64,000 nt of DNA from Pirellulaceae bacterium (GTDB lineage Bacteria; Planctomycetota; Planctomycetia; Pirellulales; Pirellulaceae). Where the stretch lies: the NCBI GenBank assembly GCA_041685355.1, contig JAWLFY010000005.1, positions 5,269 through 69,268 of the forward strand. The letters run 5' to 3'. Both the position numbers and the translations under genes were made by a program. This document shows, one piece after another, positions 28,062-37,398 of this stretch (the first letter of the stretch is position 1; every line of letters begins with the position of its first letter). The notes under the pieces are model-generated. The model made no database searches and had not been told where the DNA came from. It was given only the letters and a program-made list of their open reading frames with translations.

Positions 28062-29066
28062 ATGGCCATCGGCATCGACCCCACCGTCGACTTCGCCTGC
28101 AAGCGGGTACTGGGAAGCCCGGAGCATCCGGCGATTACGCTTCACTTCCTGAACGCGGTGTTGCAGTTCTCGTCGCCGATTCGGGAGGTTCAGATTCTCA
28201 ATCCGGCGATTGAGAAGGAACATGACGACGACAAATGGTCGCTCTTGGACATTCTTGCCAGCGACGAACAAGGCCGTCTTTACGACATCGAAGTGCAGAC
28301 GACCCGTCCGCTGGGCCTGCCGCAGCGTCTGGCGTACTACGCCGCGAGTCTACTTGTCGGTCAATTGCAGAGTGGGGGCGGGTACGATCAGCTTCGGCCT
28401 TCGATCGGAATCTGCCTGCTAGACGCGATCGAGTTTCGCGAGGAAACGGCGCTGCATCACAGTTTCCGACTGCGGTCCGCGGGGGGGCTGTCGTTGACCG
28501 ATTGTTTGCAGATCGTGCTGTTCGAGTTGCCCAAGTACACCGCGCCGAGCGATAATCGGGTTGTGCGCGACCCGGTCGAGCAGTGGCTGTACTTTTTCTG
28601 TCGCGCCGACGAGTCGACCGCGGATGAATTGGCCGCGCGGCTTCCCGATCCGGTCTTTACCGAAGCCACAGGAGTGTTGGAGATGATTGCCAGGAATCCC
28701 GAGGAGCGCCGACTGTACAACGAGCGTCTGAAAATGGAACGCGACGTGCGAGCAAGAAGCCTGCAAGCGCGAGAGGAAGGGCGAGAGGAAGGGCGAGAGG
28801 AAGGGCGAGAGGAAGGGCGAGAGGAAGGGCGAGAGGAAGGGCGAGAGGAAGGGCGAGAGGAAGGGCGAAAGGAAGGGCGAAAGGAAGGGCGAAAGGAAGG
28901 GCAAATCGAGGGTTTGCGGCAAGGCGCAATGATTGGGCGCATCCAGGTCCTACAGGAGCTTAACGGGCTCACGTCCCAGCCCGCGAATGAACTGGCGGAC
29001 CTGAGCATCGAAGAACGCGTGGCGTTAGAAGCGGAGCTACAACGAAGGTTACGAGATCGCAGCTGA
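28062..29066 (+). CDS. Rpn-family recombination-promoting nuclease / putative transposase (PD-(D/E)XK)
   Basis: N-terminus 'DPTVDFACKRVLGSPEHPAITLHFLNAVL...DDKWSLLDILASDEQGRLYDIEVQ' matches the Rpn/'T_den_put_tspse' family pattern (D...D/E-x-Q/K). It carries an in-frame (EEGR)8(KEGR)3 repeat. Confidence 0.8.
   Translation: MAIGIDPTVDFACKRVLGSPEHPAITLHFLNAVLQFSSPIREVQILNPAIEKEHDDDKWSLLDILASDEQGRLYDIEVQTTRPLGLPQRLAYYAASLLVGQLQSGGGYDQLRPSIGICLLDAIEFREETALHHSFRLRSAGGLSLTDCLQIVLFELPKYTAPSDNRVVRDPVEQWLYFFCRADESTADELAARLPDPVFTEATGVLEMIARNPEERRLYNERLKMERDVRARSLQAREEGREEGREEGREEGREEGREEGREEGREEGRKEGRKEGRKEGQIEGLRQGAMIGRIQVLQELNGLTSQPANELADLSIEERVALEAELQRRLRDRS
28771..28902 (+). repeat. In-frame tandem repeat, 11 copies of 12 bp (gagaggaagggc x8, gaaaggaagggc x3)
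   Basis: Counted directly. It encodes EEGR/KEGR repeats inside the Rpn-family gene. Confidence 0.95.
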
Positions 29067-29173
29067 ATCGAGGATGCGACCGACGGCTTTTCACGTGGTG
29101 CCGCTCCCAGTGCGTTGGCTCATTCGGACGCGTCCCCGAAGAAGAATCCATGGTTCACACCGATCGCAACCGG

Positions 29174-30232
29174 TCAGAACAATCGCATTTGGCTGGGGCC
29201 GGAACGGGGCCGTCGAAAGCGGGTCGAGTCGTGAGGCGGCAGGCGTTTGTCGAGGCCGTAGCGGCGAGTGAACAGCCGGAACATGGCGGCGATTTGATCG
29301 GCGATTTCGCCGTTTCCCCGCATCCGTTCGCCCCACTGGGAACCGTTCAGCTGCCCGTCGCGTGCGTCGCGAATCCGGTTTTCGATCGGAGATTGCCGCT
29401 CCGGGCGCGTGCGACCGAGCCATTCCCGGAATACGGGTTCGACGGTGGAGGGCAAACGGAGGAACACGTACCCGGCCGCCGCGGCACCCGACGATTTGGC
29501 GGCTCGCAATAGCTCCGGCAATTCGGAATCGTTCAGCCCCGGGATGATCGGGGCCGTCATCACACCGACCGGGACGCCTGCCGCCGCGAGCGTTTCGATC
29601 GCCCGCAAGCGGGCGGTCGGGGTGCTCGTCCGCGGTTCCATCTCGCGGGCCAATTCCGCGTCGAGCGTCGTCACGGATAAAAAGACATGCACTAGGTTAT
29701 CGCGTGCGAGAGCGGTCAAGACGTCGAGGTCGCGAAGGACGAGAGCGTTCTTCGTGACGATGCTGACCGGCTGCGAGTATTCTCGCGCGACCTCGAGGCA
29801 CCCGCGGGTCAGCCTAAATTCCCGCTCGGCCGGCTGGTAGCAGTCGGTGACACCGGAAAACGTGATCCGTTCCCCCTGCCACGACGGTCGATCGAGAAAC
29901 TTCCGCAGCAGCGCGGGCGCGTCCCGTTTGACGACGATCTTGGTTTCGAAGTCGAGCCCGGCGTTGAAACCTAAATATTCGTGCGTGTTGCGGGCGTAGC
30001 AGTACGGGCACGCGTGGGCGCATCCGCGGTACGGGTTGACGCTGTAGCGGAACGGGATGTCGGGCGACGTGTTCTCCGAAACGATCGATTTCGAATCGTC
30101 AAACAGGTACTCGATCGGTCGGTGTCCGAGTTGGCGACGGGACTCTTCATCCCACTCCAGTTGTTCGAGTTCGACTTCTCGTTGAACCGATTCGAACCGA
30201 TTCGGCGGGTCGATTCCTGCGCCATGTCGCAT
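29174..30232 (-). CDS. Radical SAM protein (PA0069 / SplB-like family)
   Basis: 352 aa. 'IDPPNRF', CxxxCxxC in 'RGCAHACPYCYARNTHEYLG', and 'ITFSGVTDCYQP'. Confidence 0.88.
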   Translation of the reverse strand: MRHGAGIDPPNRFESVQREVELEQLEWDEESRRQLGHRPIEYLFDDSKSIVSENTSPDIPFRYSVNPYRGCAHACPYCYARNTHEYLGFNAGLDFETKIVVKRDAPALLRKFLDRPSWQGERITFSGVTDCYQPAEREFRLTRGCLEVAREYSQPVSIVTKNALVLRDLDVLTALARDNLVHVFLSVTTLDAELAREMEPRTSTPTARLRAIETLAAAGVPVGVMTAPIIPGLNDSELPELLRAAKSSGAAAAGYVFLRLPSTVEPVFREWLGRTRPERQSPIENRIRDARDGQLNGSQWGERMRGNGEIADQIAAMFRLFTRRYGLDKRLPPHDSTRFRRPRSGPSQMRLF

Positions 30233-30292
30233 CGCTTGGGCCCTGGTGGTGCCGCATCGTCATCACCGCCGGAGTCTATCAACTTCTGTTGC

Positions 30293-30684
30293 GCCCTTTC
30301 AGGGCTCGGGGATCGTTATTGGTCTTGGTTCCCGGGGCGGCGCTGCGCTCTGCCCCGGGCTGGTCTCTTGACGCCCTTCGGGCGAACGGGACGCCATGCG
30401 TGTCGGTATCGGTTGGCTAGGGCGGTGTTAAGTACCGCATGCGGCGCTTCGTGCCCGCCGCGAAGCGGCATCAGAGTTCGGCTTCGGGCGAACGGGACGC
30501 CATGCGTGTCGGTATCGGTTGGCTAGGGCGGTGTTAAGTACCGCATGCGGCGCGCCGTGCCCGCCGCGAAGCGGCATCAGAGGCCAGCCCAGGGCAGAGC
30601 GATTCGGTGGCGACAGCCGCCCCGATCGCGTCGCCCTGGGTTGCGGGGACACCCCCCCCAAAAAAAACATCGCCCTGAAAGGGC
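30293..30684. repeat. Composite nested-repeat element: 13-bp outer IR, ~20-bp inner IR, and a 101-bp unit duplicated in tandem
   Basis: Outer IR: GCCCTTTCAGGGC (30293-30305) and its reverse complement (30672-30684). Inner IR: cgctctgccccgggctggtc (30345-30364) versus the reverse complement of 30583-30602 (18/20 match). Tandem copies at 30376-30476 and 30482-30582 have a 106-bp period and differ at 2 positions. No credible ORF lies inside. Confidence 0.8.
30660..30684 (-). terminator. Candidate rho-independent terminator of the heme-protein gene
   Basis: The minus strand reads GCCCT-TTC-AGGGC GATG TTTTTTTT GGGGGGGG, about 75 nt after the stop at 30759. The stem is only 5 bp. Confidence 0.45.
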
Positions 30685-30758
30685 ATCATCGATGGCCGGA
30701 ACGTGGACGGACGTGTGACCGGGACCCGCGGCGAACGTGGTGCCGGCGCCGAACGGTC

Positions 30759-33700
30759 TTAGCGGCGGGTGCCGAGGGTTAGGTACGCGAACAGGTCACG
30801 GAGTTGATCCGCGGTGAGGTCTTTCAGCGTGTCCTCGGGCATCAGCGAGGTGGGGAGCGCCTTGAGCTCATCGATCTCGTCGCGGCTGATCACGGTGAGT
30901 TGGTTGTCGGCGTTACGGAGCGTGACCGTCTTCGGGTCTTGGGCCGCGATCATCCCGTTGAGGACGCGGCCGTCTTCGGTGAGCGCGACGTACGACTGGA
31001 AACCCTCCCGAATCTCGAGGCTCGGTTCGATGATCCCGGCGAGCCAGAAACTGAGGTTGCCTCGTTCGTAGCCGTCGAGGGGTGGTCCGACCTTGCTCCC
31101 TTCGCCGAACAGCTGGTGACACTTGCCGCAGCGGTCGGCGTACAGCTTCTTGCCCGCACCGGGGTCGCCGTCCGCGTCGCCGAGGGTGGCACGGATCTCG
31201 GCGATCCGTGCTTGCTTTTCTTCGCTCGTGGCGGCGAGCGCCGGGCCGAACGCGGTCTCGGCCGCTTCGACGATTTGCGGGTCGTCGTAGGTGCGGAGTT
31301 GTTGCACGACGTCGACCGGGACGTCTTCCCGTTTGAGCCGCCACTCGTTGAGCTCGCGGAGCAGGGCGATCGCCCATTCGGGACGGCTGGCGAGGGTCCG
31401 GCAGGCGGTCGCCCGCAGCCCATGTTCGTTGGAGATCGAGCTGCCGAAGGCGGCGGCGAGGGTTCGCGGGATCGCGTCGTTGTCGTATTGGCCGAGTGCC
31501 CGGATCGCGACCCGCTGCAACGCCGCCTCGCGGGTTCCCCGGCCGGTCGCCAAGGACAACAGGGTCGAGACGGCTTGCTCGTAGCGGACTTCGCCGAGCG
31601 TCTTTGCGACCTCGATCCGCGTGACCAAGTCGGCCGAATCGTCACGGAGAAGTTGGAGGGCGTCATCGATCGCGCCGTCGGCTTTTTGCCGGAGCCCGAG
31701 TGCGATCCCGGAAGCCCCTTGCTCGGCGCGGCGCTGCTCGAGCGCCTCGGCGAGCGCGTCGGGGAGGGCTGGCAACGAGCGGCCTTCGAACGCGCGGCTC
31801 AGGCCGACGATCAGCTCCGACGCGGTCTCCTCGTCGGGGGCGAGTTCGAGCAGTCGGGCACAGCGGCGGAGGTCTTCCGGGGTGCCGGCCGCCGCGTACC
31901 GCTGCATCAGCCGCGACGTGATGACTTCACGTGTCATCGGCAACCGCCAGAACTCGGGGTCGCGGCAGAGTTCTTCGACCGCGTCCCAGGCCTCCGCGTG
32001 GGCCTCGAGCGCCCACCAAACCATCAGCGGTTGGTGGGGGTCGTCGAGGTCGGCGTCGTGGGTCAGCAGGGCACGGACGACCGCGACCGCGTTTCCCGCA
32101 TCGATCCGCTGTGCCGTCGACGCGAGCTGCGATCGGACCTGGACGTCCGACTCCCCGGCCGCCAACTCCGCCATCTCGGGGGCCCCTTCGTGACGGTCAC
32201 CTAGCAACCGCACGGCCCAGCGGCGGACGTGGGGGTCGTCGTGGCGAAACCAACCGACCGCGAGCTCGCGGGTCAGTTCCCCCATCAGATGGAGCGCCCA
32301 AAGCGATTCGAGGCATCCTTGTTGGTCGACCCGCCGGGCCAACTTTGGGGCGAGCGAGCGATCGCCTCGCCAGCCGAGTTCGAGGGCGGCGCGGTGCCGG
32401 ACCCATTTGTTCGCGTGCTCGAACCGCTCGATCAATCGTTCTGACGCCACCGTCCGCAGGTCGCCTTGGGTGTAGGCCGGACGCGTCGGCTTCTCGGAAT
32501 CTTTGCCGTCGGAATCTTCCCGATCGGAGGTTCCGACGTCGGGGACGACACGATAGATGCGGCCGCTCGATTTGTGCCAATCGTCGATCGGGCTGACGTG
32601 GCTCAATCGGGTGTCATACCAGTCGGCGATGTAGACCGCCCCGTCGGGACCGACGCCGCTGTAGACCGGACGGAACCAACGGTCGGACGAATCGATCAGG
32701 TTCTCCTCGTCGACGGTGCGATAGGTCGAACCGTCGCGGATCCTTTGGCTGAGCCAGACCAGGTTGTGAAGCGAGTTCGGGGCGATGATCGAACCGTCGA
32801 ATTCGGAAGGGAAGAGGCCCCCTTCGTAGATGCAGAACGCTTGGGCGAACCGGCGGTTGTCTCCCTCCAGCCGCATCGGGCCGAAATAGCCGAACGCGTA
32901 GGGGTTGGTCAGCGCGCCATGTTTGCCCCAGTTTTTCGCCGAGTAGCTGCCTTGGGGGTAGTACCAACCGCGGGTGTTGCCGCCGTTGGTGCCGGAGAAC
33001 ACGCGTCCCTTCGAATCGATCTCCAGGCTGAACGTGTTTCCGCCCCCTTCGGCGTAGATCTCGAAAACCTTCGTTTCGGGGTGGTATCGCCAGATGCATT
33101 GGCCTTGATACGAGACCCCCTTGGTCACCTCGGAGCTGACCGTCGCGGTCGTCGTGCTGCCGTTGGCCCCGTACAGCCAGCCGTCGGGGGAGAGGGTCAG
33201 GCTGTTGGCGACCGAATGGGTGTCTTGGAGCCCGAATCCGGAGAGGTGGACTTCGGGATCGGCGTCGGGGACCCCGTCGCCGTCTTCGTCGGGATAGAAC
33301 AGCAGGTAAGGGGGGTTGAGCACCCAGATGCCGTCGTGGCCGACTTGGACCGACGTCGCGATGTTGAGCCCTTCGATCACGTCGCGGTGCGAATCGTAGG
33401 TGCCGTCGCCGGTGGTGTCTTCGAGCACCGAGATCACGTCGGCCCCCGGGACCCCGTGTGGGGGCGGGTCGGGGACCTTGTCGAACACGGCCCGGAGGTG
33501 TTGGTCGTAGCGGATCACCTTCAACCCGGCGGGGTATTGGTATTGGCGGTACTGGACCACCCACATCCGGCCGGCGGAGTCCCAGCTCAGGAAGAGGGGT
33601 TGGGTCACCTCCGGTTCGGCGGCGACGAGTTCGACGCGGAACCCGTCACGGACGTTCATCGTGTCGACCGACTCGTCGGGCGGGGTCGGATCGGAGTCGT

Positions 33701-34004
33701 CCGCTTGGACGCCCCGTCCGGGGTAGGTCCGCATGATTTCAGCGACCTTCTCGTTTCCCGCCAACGACAGATCGGCTTGCGGGTTGACGACGTCCGAATC
33801 GGGATCGTCCGCCGCGTCGTCCTGGGCCAAAAGAGGCGTGGCCGCATGCAGCGACATCGTGACGGTTAGCGCGAAGACCGCGAGCCCGAAACGCAAGCGT
33901 GTCTCGAGAACGAAACGACGGACCGGCAGAGGGACTCGGGTGATCGCCGAAAAGCGTAACCGATGGCGAGAGGGTCCGAACCGAAGTCGAAGGGGCGGCG
34001 TCAT
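30759..34004 (-). CDS. PVC-type heme-binding CxxCH protein (membrane-bound dehydrogenase-like beta-propeller + HEAT repeats + cytochrome c)
   Basis: About 1081 aa from the ATG at 34004 (the track start at 34025 is TTG). Signal-like N-terminus. Propeller-type blocks ('DGWLYGANG', 'GAVYIADWYD'). HEAT-like middle region. C-terminal 'CGKCHQLFGEG...GPPLDG' and 'SLMPE'. This architecture is typical of Planctomycetes/Verrucomicrobia. Confidence 0.85.
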   Translation of the reverse strand: MTPPLRLRFGPSRHRLRFSAITRVPLPVRRFVLETRLRFGLAVFALTVTMSLHAATPLLAQDDAADDPDSDVVNPQADLSLAGNEKVAEIMRTYPGRGVQADDSDPTPPDESVDTMNVRDGFRVELVAAEPEVTQPLFLSWDSAGRMWVVQYRQYQYPAGLKVIRYDQHLRAVFDKVPDPPPHGVPGADVISVLEDTTGDGTYDSHRDVIEGLNIATSVQVGHDGIWVLNPPYLLFYPDEDGDGVPDADPEVHLSGFGLQDTHSVANSLTLSPDGWLYGANGSTTTATVSSEVTKGVSYQGQCIWRYHPETKVFEIYAEGGGNTFSLEIDSKGRVFSGTNGGNTRGWYYPQGSYSAKNWGKHGALTNPYAFGYFGPMRLEGDNRRFAQAFCIYEGGLFPSEFDGSIIAPNSLHNLVWLSQRIRDGSTYRTVDEENLIDSSDRWFRPVYSGVGPDGAVYIADWYDTRLSHVSPIDDWHKSSGRIYRVVPDVGTSDREDSDGKDSEKPTRPAYTQGDLRTVASERLIERFEHANKWVRHRAALELGWRGDRSLAPKLARRVDQQGCLESLWALHLMGELTRELAVGWFRHDDPHVRRWAVRLLGDRHEGAPEMAELAAGESDVQVRSQLASTAQRIDAGNAVAVVRALLTHDADLDDPHQPLMVWWALEAHAEAWDAVEELCRDPEFWRLPMTREVITSRLMQRYAAAGTPEDLRRCARLLELAPDEETASELIVGLSRAFEGRSLPALPDALAEALEQRRAEQGASGIALGLRQKADGAIDDALQLLRDDSADLVTRIEVAKTLGEVRYEQAVSTLLSLATGRGTREAALQRVAIRALGQYDNDAIPRTLAAAFGSSISNEHGLRATACRTLASRPEWAIALLRELNEWRLKREDVPVDVVQQLRTYDDPQIVEAAETAFGPALAATSEEKQARIAEIRATLGDADGDPGAGKKLYADRCGKCHQLFGEGSKVGPPLDGYERGNLSFWLAGIIEPSLEIREGFQSYVALTEDGRVLNGMIAAQDPKTVTLRNADNQLTVISRDEIDELKALPTSLMPEDTLKDLTADQLRDLFAYLTLGTRR

Positions 34005-34201
34005 GATCGGTGTGAAGGATTTCAAGGGCGGGTGGGGTCCCCCGGTCGGCGACAGGGCGGGTGGAGGGACGGTGGGGTGATCGAGCGGCTTCGGGGCTGT
34101 CGAGCAGCGTCACTCGGACCGTGGCGGACCACGCAGCGGTTGAGTGAATTTCCTACCCGACGGCGAATTTCCATGCGTTCGCCCATTCTAACCACGGCAA
34201 C

Positions 34202-34243
34202 GTCCCCGCGGGTCCGGACGGGGTCCCCGCGGGTCCGGACGGG
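34202..34243. repeat. Tandem repeat, 2 copies of 21 bp (gtccccgcgggtccggacggg)
   Basis: Read directly, upstream of the kinase gene. Each unit contains CCGCGG and TCCGGA palindromes. Confidence 0.85.
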
Positions 34244-34326
34244 GTGACGCTCGGCTTGTGGGCCGCGAGGGGCGACCGGGGACTTCGGGCGAATCGGCGG
34301 GGCGCGGCTTTCCGGGGGGCGATGGT

Positions 34327-36561
34327 ATGATCGGAAGGATGACGAACGTGACAGTGAACTTACTGCAAACGATCGAATCGAACACGATGCTCCGGGAGCG
34401 TCTCGCGTCGATGCCGCCCGATCACAAGACGATCGCGGTTTCTCCCGACGGGCGTCCCGAAAGCTTCTCGCATCCGTCGTGGCGACAGGCCGACGAATCG
34501 CCGACGGGCGAATCGTCAGCTGGCGAATCGTCAGCTGGTGAGGGATCAGCGGGCGAGGTTGCGACGGACGAGACCGTTTGGTTGTCCGATCCGGATGCCG
34601 CGGGGCGGGTTTCGTCGGGGGCGACTGGCTCGGACCCGTCGGGGCCAGCGCGTTCGAAGCCGTCAGTCGCGGTTCCGACGCCCGACGAGGGGTTCGTCCC
34701 GCGACGGCGGTTGGCGAGTGTGGGCGCGGGGAAGTCCGGCGAGACGGAGTACCGAATGGTCGGGCGTCTCGGCAGCGGCGGGACGGGGTTCGTGTATCAG
34801 GCCCACCAAAGATCGGTCGACCGGGAAGTCGCCGTTAAGGTTCTGCGTGACGAGTTGGCCCGAGACCCCCAGGCGCGGTCGCGGTTTCTCGCTGAGGCTC
34901 GCGTGATCGGGGCGTTGGACCACCCGAACGTGATCGCGTTGCACGAGTTGGGGGTCGACTTCGACGGGAACCTGTTTTATTCGATGAAACGGGTCGACGG
35001 GACGAGTTGGGACCAGCGGATCGAGACGCAATCGCAGAAGGAGAACCTGGAGACGTTGTTGCGGGTCGCCGACGGGATCCGCTACGCACACTCGCGAGGC
35101 TTGATCCATCGGGACTTGAAGCCCGAGAACGTGATGCTCGGTCAGTTCGGCGAGGTGTTGCTCGCCGATTGGGGGTTAGCGTTGAGTCACGCCACCGCGG
35201 CGGCGGACGGGAGTCCGCACCGTTCGGCGATCGGCGGCACCCCGGCGTACATGGCCCCGGAGTTGGCGACCGGAGACGCGTCCGCGATCTCGTTCGGGAC
35301 CGACATCTACTTGCTCGGGGCGATCCTGTTTCAGGTGTTGACCGGTTATCCGCCGCATCACGGCGAGAGTCTGCTCGCGTGCATCCGTTCGGCGGCGAGC
35401 AACGAGATCCGTCCGACGCGGGTCAACGGCGAGTTGATGGAGATCGCGATGCGGGCGATGGCCTCACGTCCGCAGGACCGGTTCGCGACGGTGGACGAAT
35501 TCATCGCGGCGATCCAAGACCACCGCACCCATCAGCAGAGCGACCGATTGGTGCGACGGGCCCGCGAGCGGATCGAATCGGCCGGGACGGAGAACCATTA
35601 CGAGGCGTTCCGGGTGGCCGACGCGTTGTTGCGGGAAGCGATTGAGGTGTGGCCGGAGAACAAGGCGGCGACGCGGGCGATCCACGAATTGCAGCTCGAC
35701 TTTGCCCGAACGGCCGCGGCACGCGGCGATCTCGATTTGGCGCTCGCCCTGTACGAGGCGGCGGGTGAGGGGGAATCGGAGGCGTCGGCCCGGTTACGGG
35801 TGCAGATCAAGGAGCGGCGACAGACCGAGGAGCGTCAGGCGAAGTATTCGACGCTGTTCACCGCGTCGCCCGAAGCGGGGCTGCTCGTCCGACTCTCCAG
35901 CGGCGAGGTGGTCGAGGCGAACCCCGCGTTCGTGCAGTTGCTCGGATACGCCGAGGAGGAGATCGTCGGGCGGCGGATCCCCGAGCTGAACTTGTGGGCG
36001 TCTCCCGAGCGGCGGATCGAGTTCGTCGAGAAGTTACGGCAGGGCGGGGCGGTCGAGAATTTGGAAGTCCCGTTCGTGCACCGGGACGGCGGCCGGGTCG
36101 ACGTGTTGGTCAGCGCCCGGACGACCGAGGTGGCGGGGGAGGAAATGTTGATTTCCACCATCCGCGACATCTCCCAGCGGAAGGCGGCCGAGAACGAACT
36201 CGCCCGGAGCCGCCGTCGCCTCCGCGAGTTGCAACGGATGGCGGGGCTGGGCACGTGGTCGTTCGACGTCGCGACGGAACAGATCACGTGGAGCGAAGAG
36301 ACCTACCGGATGCTCCGCCGCGATCCGTCGGCCGGGCCGCCCAGTTTCGCGGAGTATCTCGATTCGATCCACCCGGACGATCGGCAGCGGATGCGGGCGA
36401 CGATCCTGACGTCGCTGGAGAACGGAACCGCCTACGAATTGCGAATCCGTCAGCGGGTCGGCGAACTCGGATACCGGCGTTTCATCGCTCGGGGCCAACC
36501 GGTCCAGGACGACGAAGGGAGCACGGTCGAGCTGTACGGCGTCGTGTTGCCCGACGAATAA
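34327..36561 (+). CDS. Ser/Thr protein kinase with C-terminal tandem PAS domains
   Basis: Kinase motifs 'GSGGTGFVYQA', 'VAVKVL', 'HRDLKPENVML', 'ADWGLA', 'GTPAYMAPE'. Then a TPR-like helix region and two PAS-like modules. The start is uncertain (ATG at 34327; the track start is 34258). An in-frame GESSA repeat lies near the N-terminus. Confidence 0.85.
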   Translation: MIGRMTNVTVNLLQTIESNTMLRERLASMPPDHKTIAVSPDGRPESFSHPSWRQADESPTGESSAGESSAGEGSAGEVATDETVWLSDPDAAGRVSSGATGSDPSGPARSKPSVAVPTPDEGFVPRRRLASVGAGKSGETEYRMVGRLGSGGTGFVYQAHQRSVDREVAVKVLRDELARDPQARSRFLAEARVIGALDHPNVIALHELGVDFDGNLFYSMKRVDGTSWDQRIETQSQKENLETLLRVADGIRYAHSRGLIHRDLKPENVMLGQFGEVLLADWGLALSHATAAADGSPHRSAIGGTPAYMAPELATGDASAISFGTDIYLLGAILFQVLTGYPPHHGESLLACIRSAASNEIRPTRVNGELMEIAMRAMASRPQDRFATVDEFIAAIQDHRTHQQSDRLVRRARERIESAGTENHYEAFRVADALLREAIEVWPENKAATRAIHELQLDFARTAAARGDLDLALALYEAAGEGESEASARLRVQIKERRQTEERQAKYSTLFTASPEAGLLVRLSSGEVVEANPAFVQLLGYAEEEIVGRRIPELNLWASPERRIEFVEKLRQGGAVENLEVPFVHRDGGRVDVLVSARTTEVAGEEMLISTIRDISQRKAAENELARSRRRLRELQRMAGLGTWSFDVATEQITWSEETYRMLRRDPSAGPPSFAEYLDSIHPDDRQRMRATILTSLENGTAYELRIRQRVGELGYRRFIARGQPVQDDEGSTVELYGVVLPDE

Positions 36562-36768
36562 CGGATCGACGCGAAACCCGCCATCGTCGATCGGGTTAAA
36601 ACCGATAGAATCGTTCGGACTCGGCCCGAAACGGGTTGATCTGGCGGTTCCGTGACCGGCGTCAGCCCAAACCGCCGCCGGGCGCCATCGATGCCTAGGG
36701 GCTGACCGCCCCGGAAACGCCGATCTCCAGTCCTCGCCAGCCGTTTGACCGTCAGCCCATCCACCGCG

Positions 36769-37398
36769 ATGCGTTATCAACAGTCCGACCCGGACGTGAG
36801 GTTGATGCTGCGCGTGAAGGACGACGACGCCGGGGCGTTCGAGGCGTTGGTGCGGCGGTATGAGGCGAGGCTCGTCCGATTGATGCAACACTTGGGCCCC
36901 CGGTCCGACATGGCGGAAGATTTGGCGCAAGAGGTTTTTTTGAGGGTGTATCGGGCGAGGAAGAGCTACGTCCCGGGCGCAAAGTTTTCCACGTGGCTGT
37001 TCACGATCGCGGGGAACGTGGCGCGGAACGCGTCTCGGTCGGTCCACCGACGGGCGGAGGTGAGTGAGGTCGATGCCCCCTCGGCGGACCTTTCGGGGGC
37101 GGGCAATCTGCTGGCGTCCACCGTGACGGAAGCGAGCGGGCTGATGCCGGTCCGGTTGGCCGAGGGATCGGAGCGAGCGGCGATCGTCCGCGCGGCGGTC
37201 GCGCAGCTGGGGGAAAGGCAGCGGATGGCGTTGATGCTTTCGCGATTCGAAAACCTCAGTTATTCCGAGATCGCCGAAGCGATGGGGTTGACGACGAAGG
37301 CGGTGAAGTCGCTTCTGAGCCGGGCGCGGGTTAATTTGAAGGAACTTTTGCAACCCTACATCGACTCGGGGATCATCCCGGACGAGGTTCAGCGATGA
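36769..37398 (+). CDS. ECF-type RNA polymerase sigma-70 family factor
   Basis: Region 2 'AFEALVRRYEARL...DLAQEVFLRVY...FSTWLFTIAGN'. Region 4 'LSYSEIAEAMGLTTKAVKSLLSRAR'. ATG at 36769 (the track start at 36745 is TTG). Confidence 0.9.
   Translation: MRYQQSDPDVRLMLRVKDDDAGAFEALVRRYEARLVRLMQHLGPRSDMAEDLAQEVFLRVYRARKSYVPGAKFSTWLFTIAGNVARNASRSVHRRAEVSEVDAPSADLSGAGNLLASTVTEASGLMPVRLAEGSERAAIVRAAVAQLGERQRMALMLSRFENLSYSEIAEAMGLTTKAVKSLLSRARVNLKELLQPYIDSGIIPDEVQR

Noticed and set aside
28419-29008. Minus-strand ORFs encoding FLSP / SRPS / ALPL repeats.
   Set aside because: They are antisense translations of the EEGR/KEGR 12-bp repeat inside the Rpn-family gene.
26425-30700. Search for T6SS effector/immunity pairs, VgrG, PAAR or ClpV directly downstream of tssG.
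   Set aside because: None of the ORFs there shows gp27/gp5, PAAR, AAA+ or known toxin-domain features. The genes present have ordinary metabolic or recombination annotations.
30804-33869. 466-aa and 467-aa + strand ORFs antisense to the PVC-type heme-protein gene.
   Set aside because: They are shadow ORFs. The minus-strand product has a CxxCH site, propeller blocks and a signal sequence.
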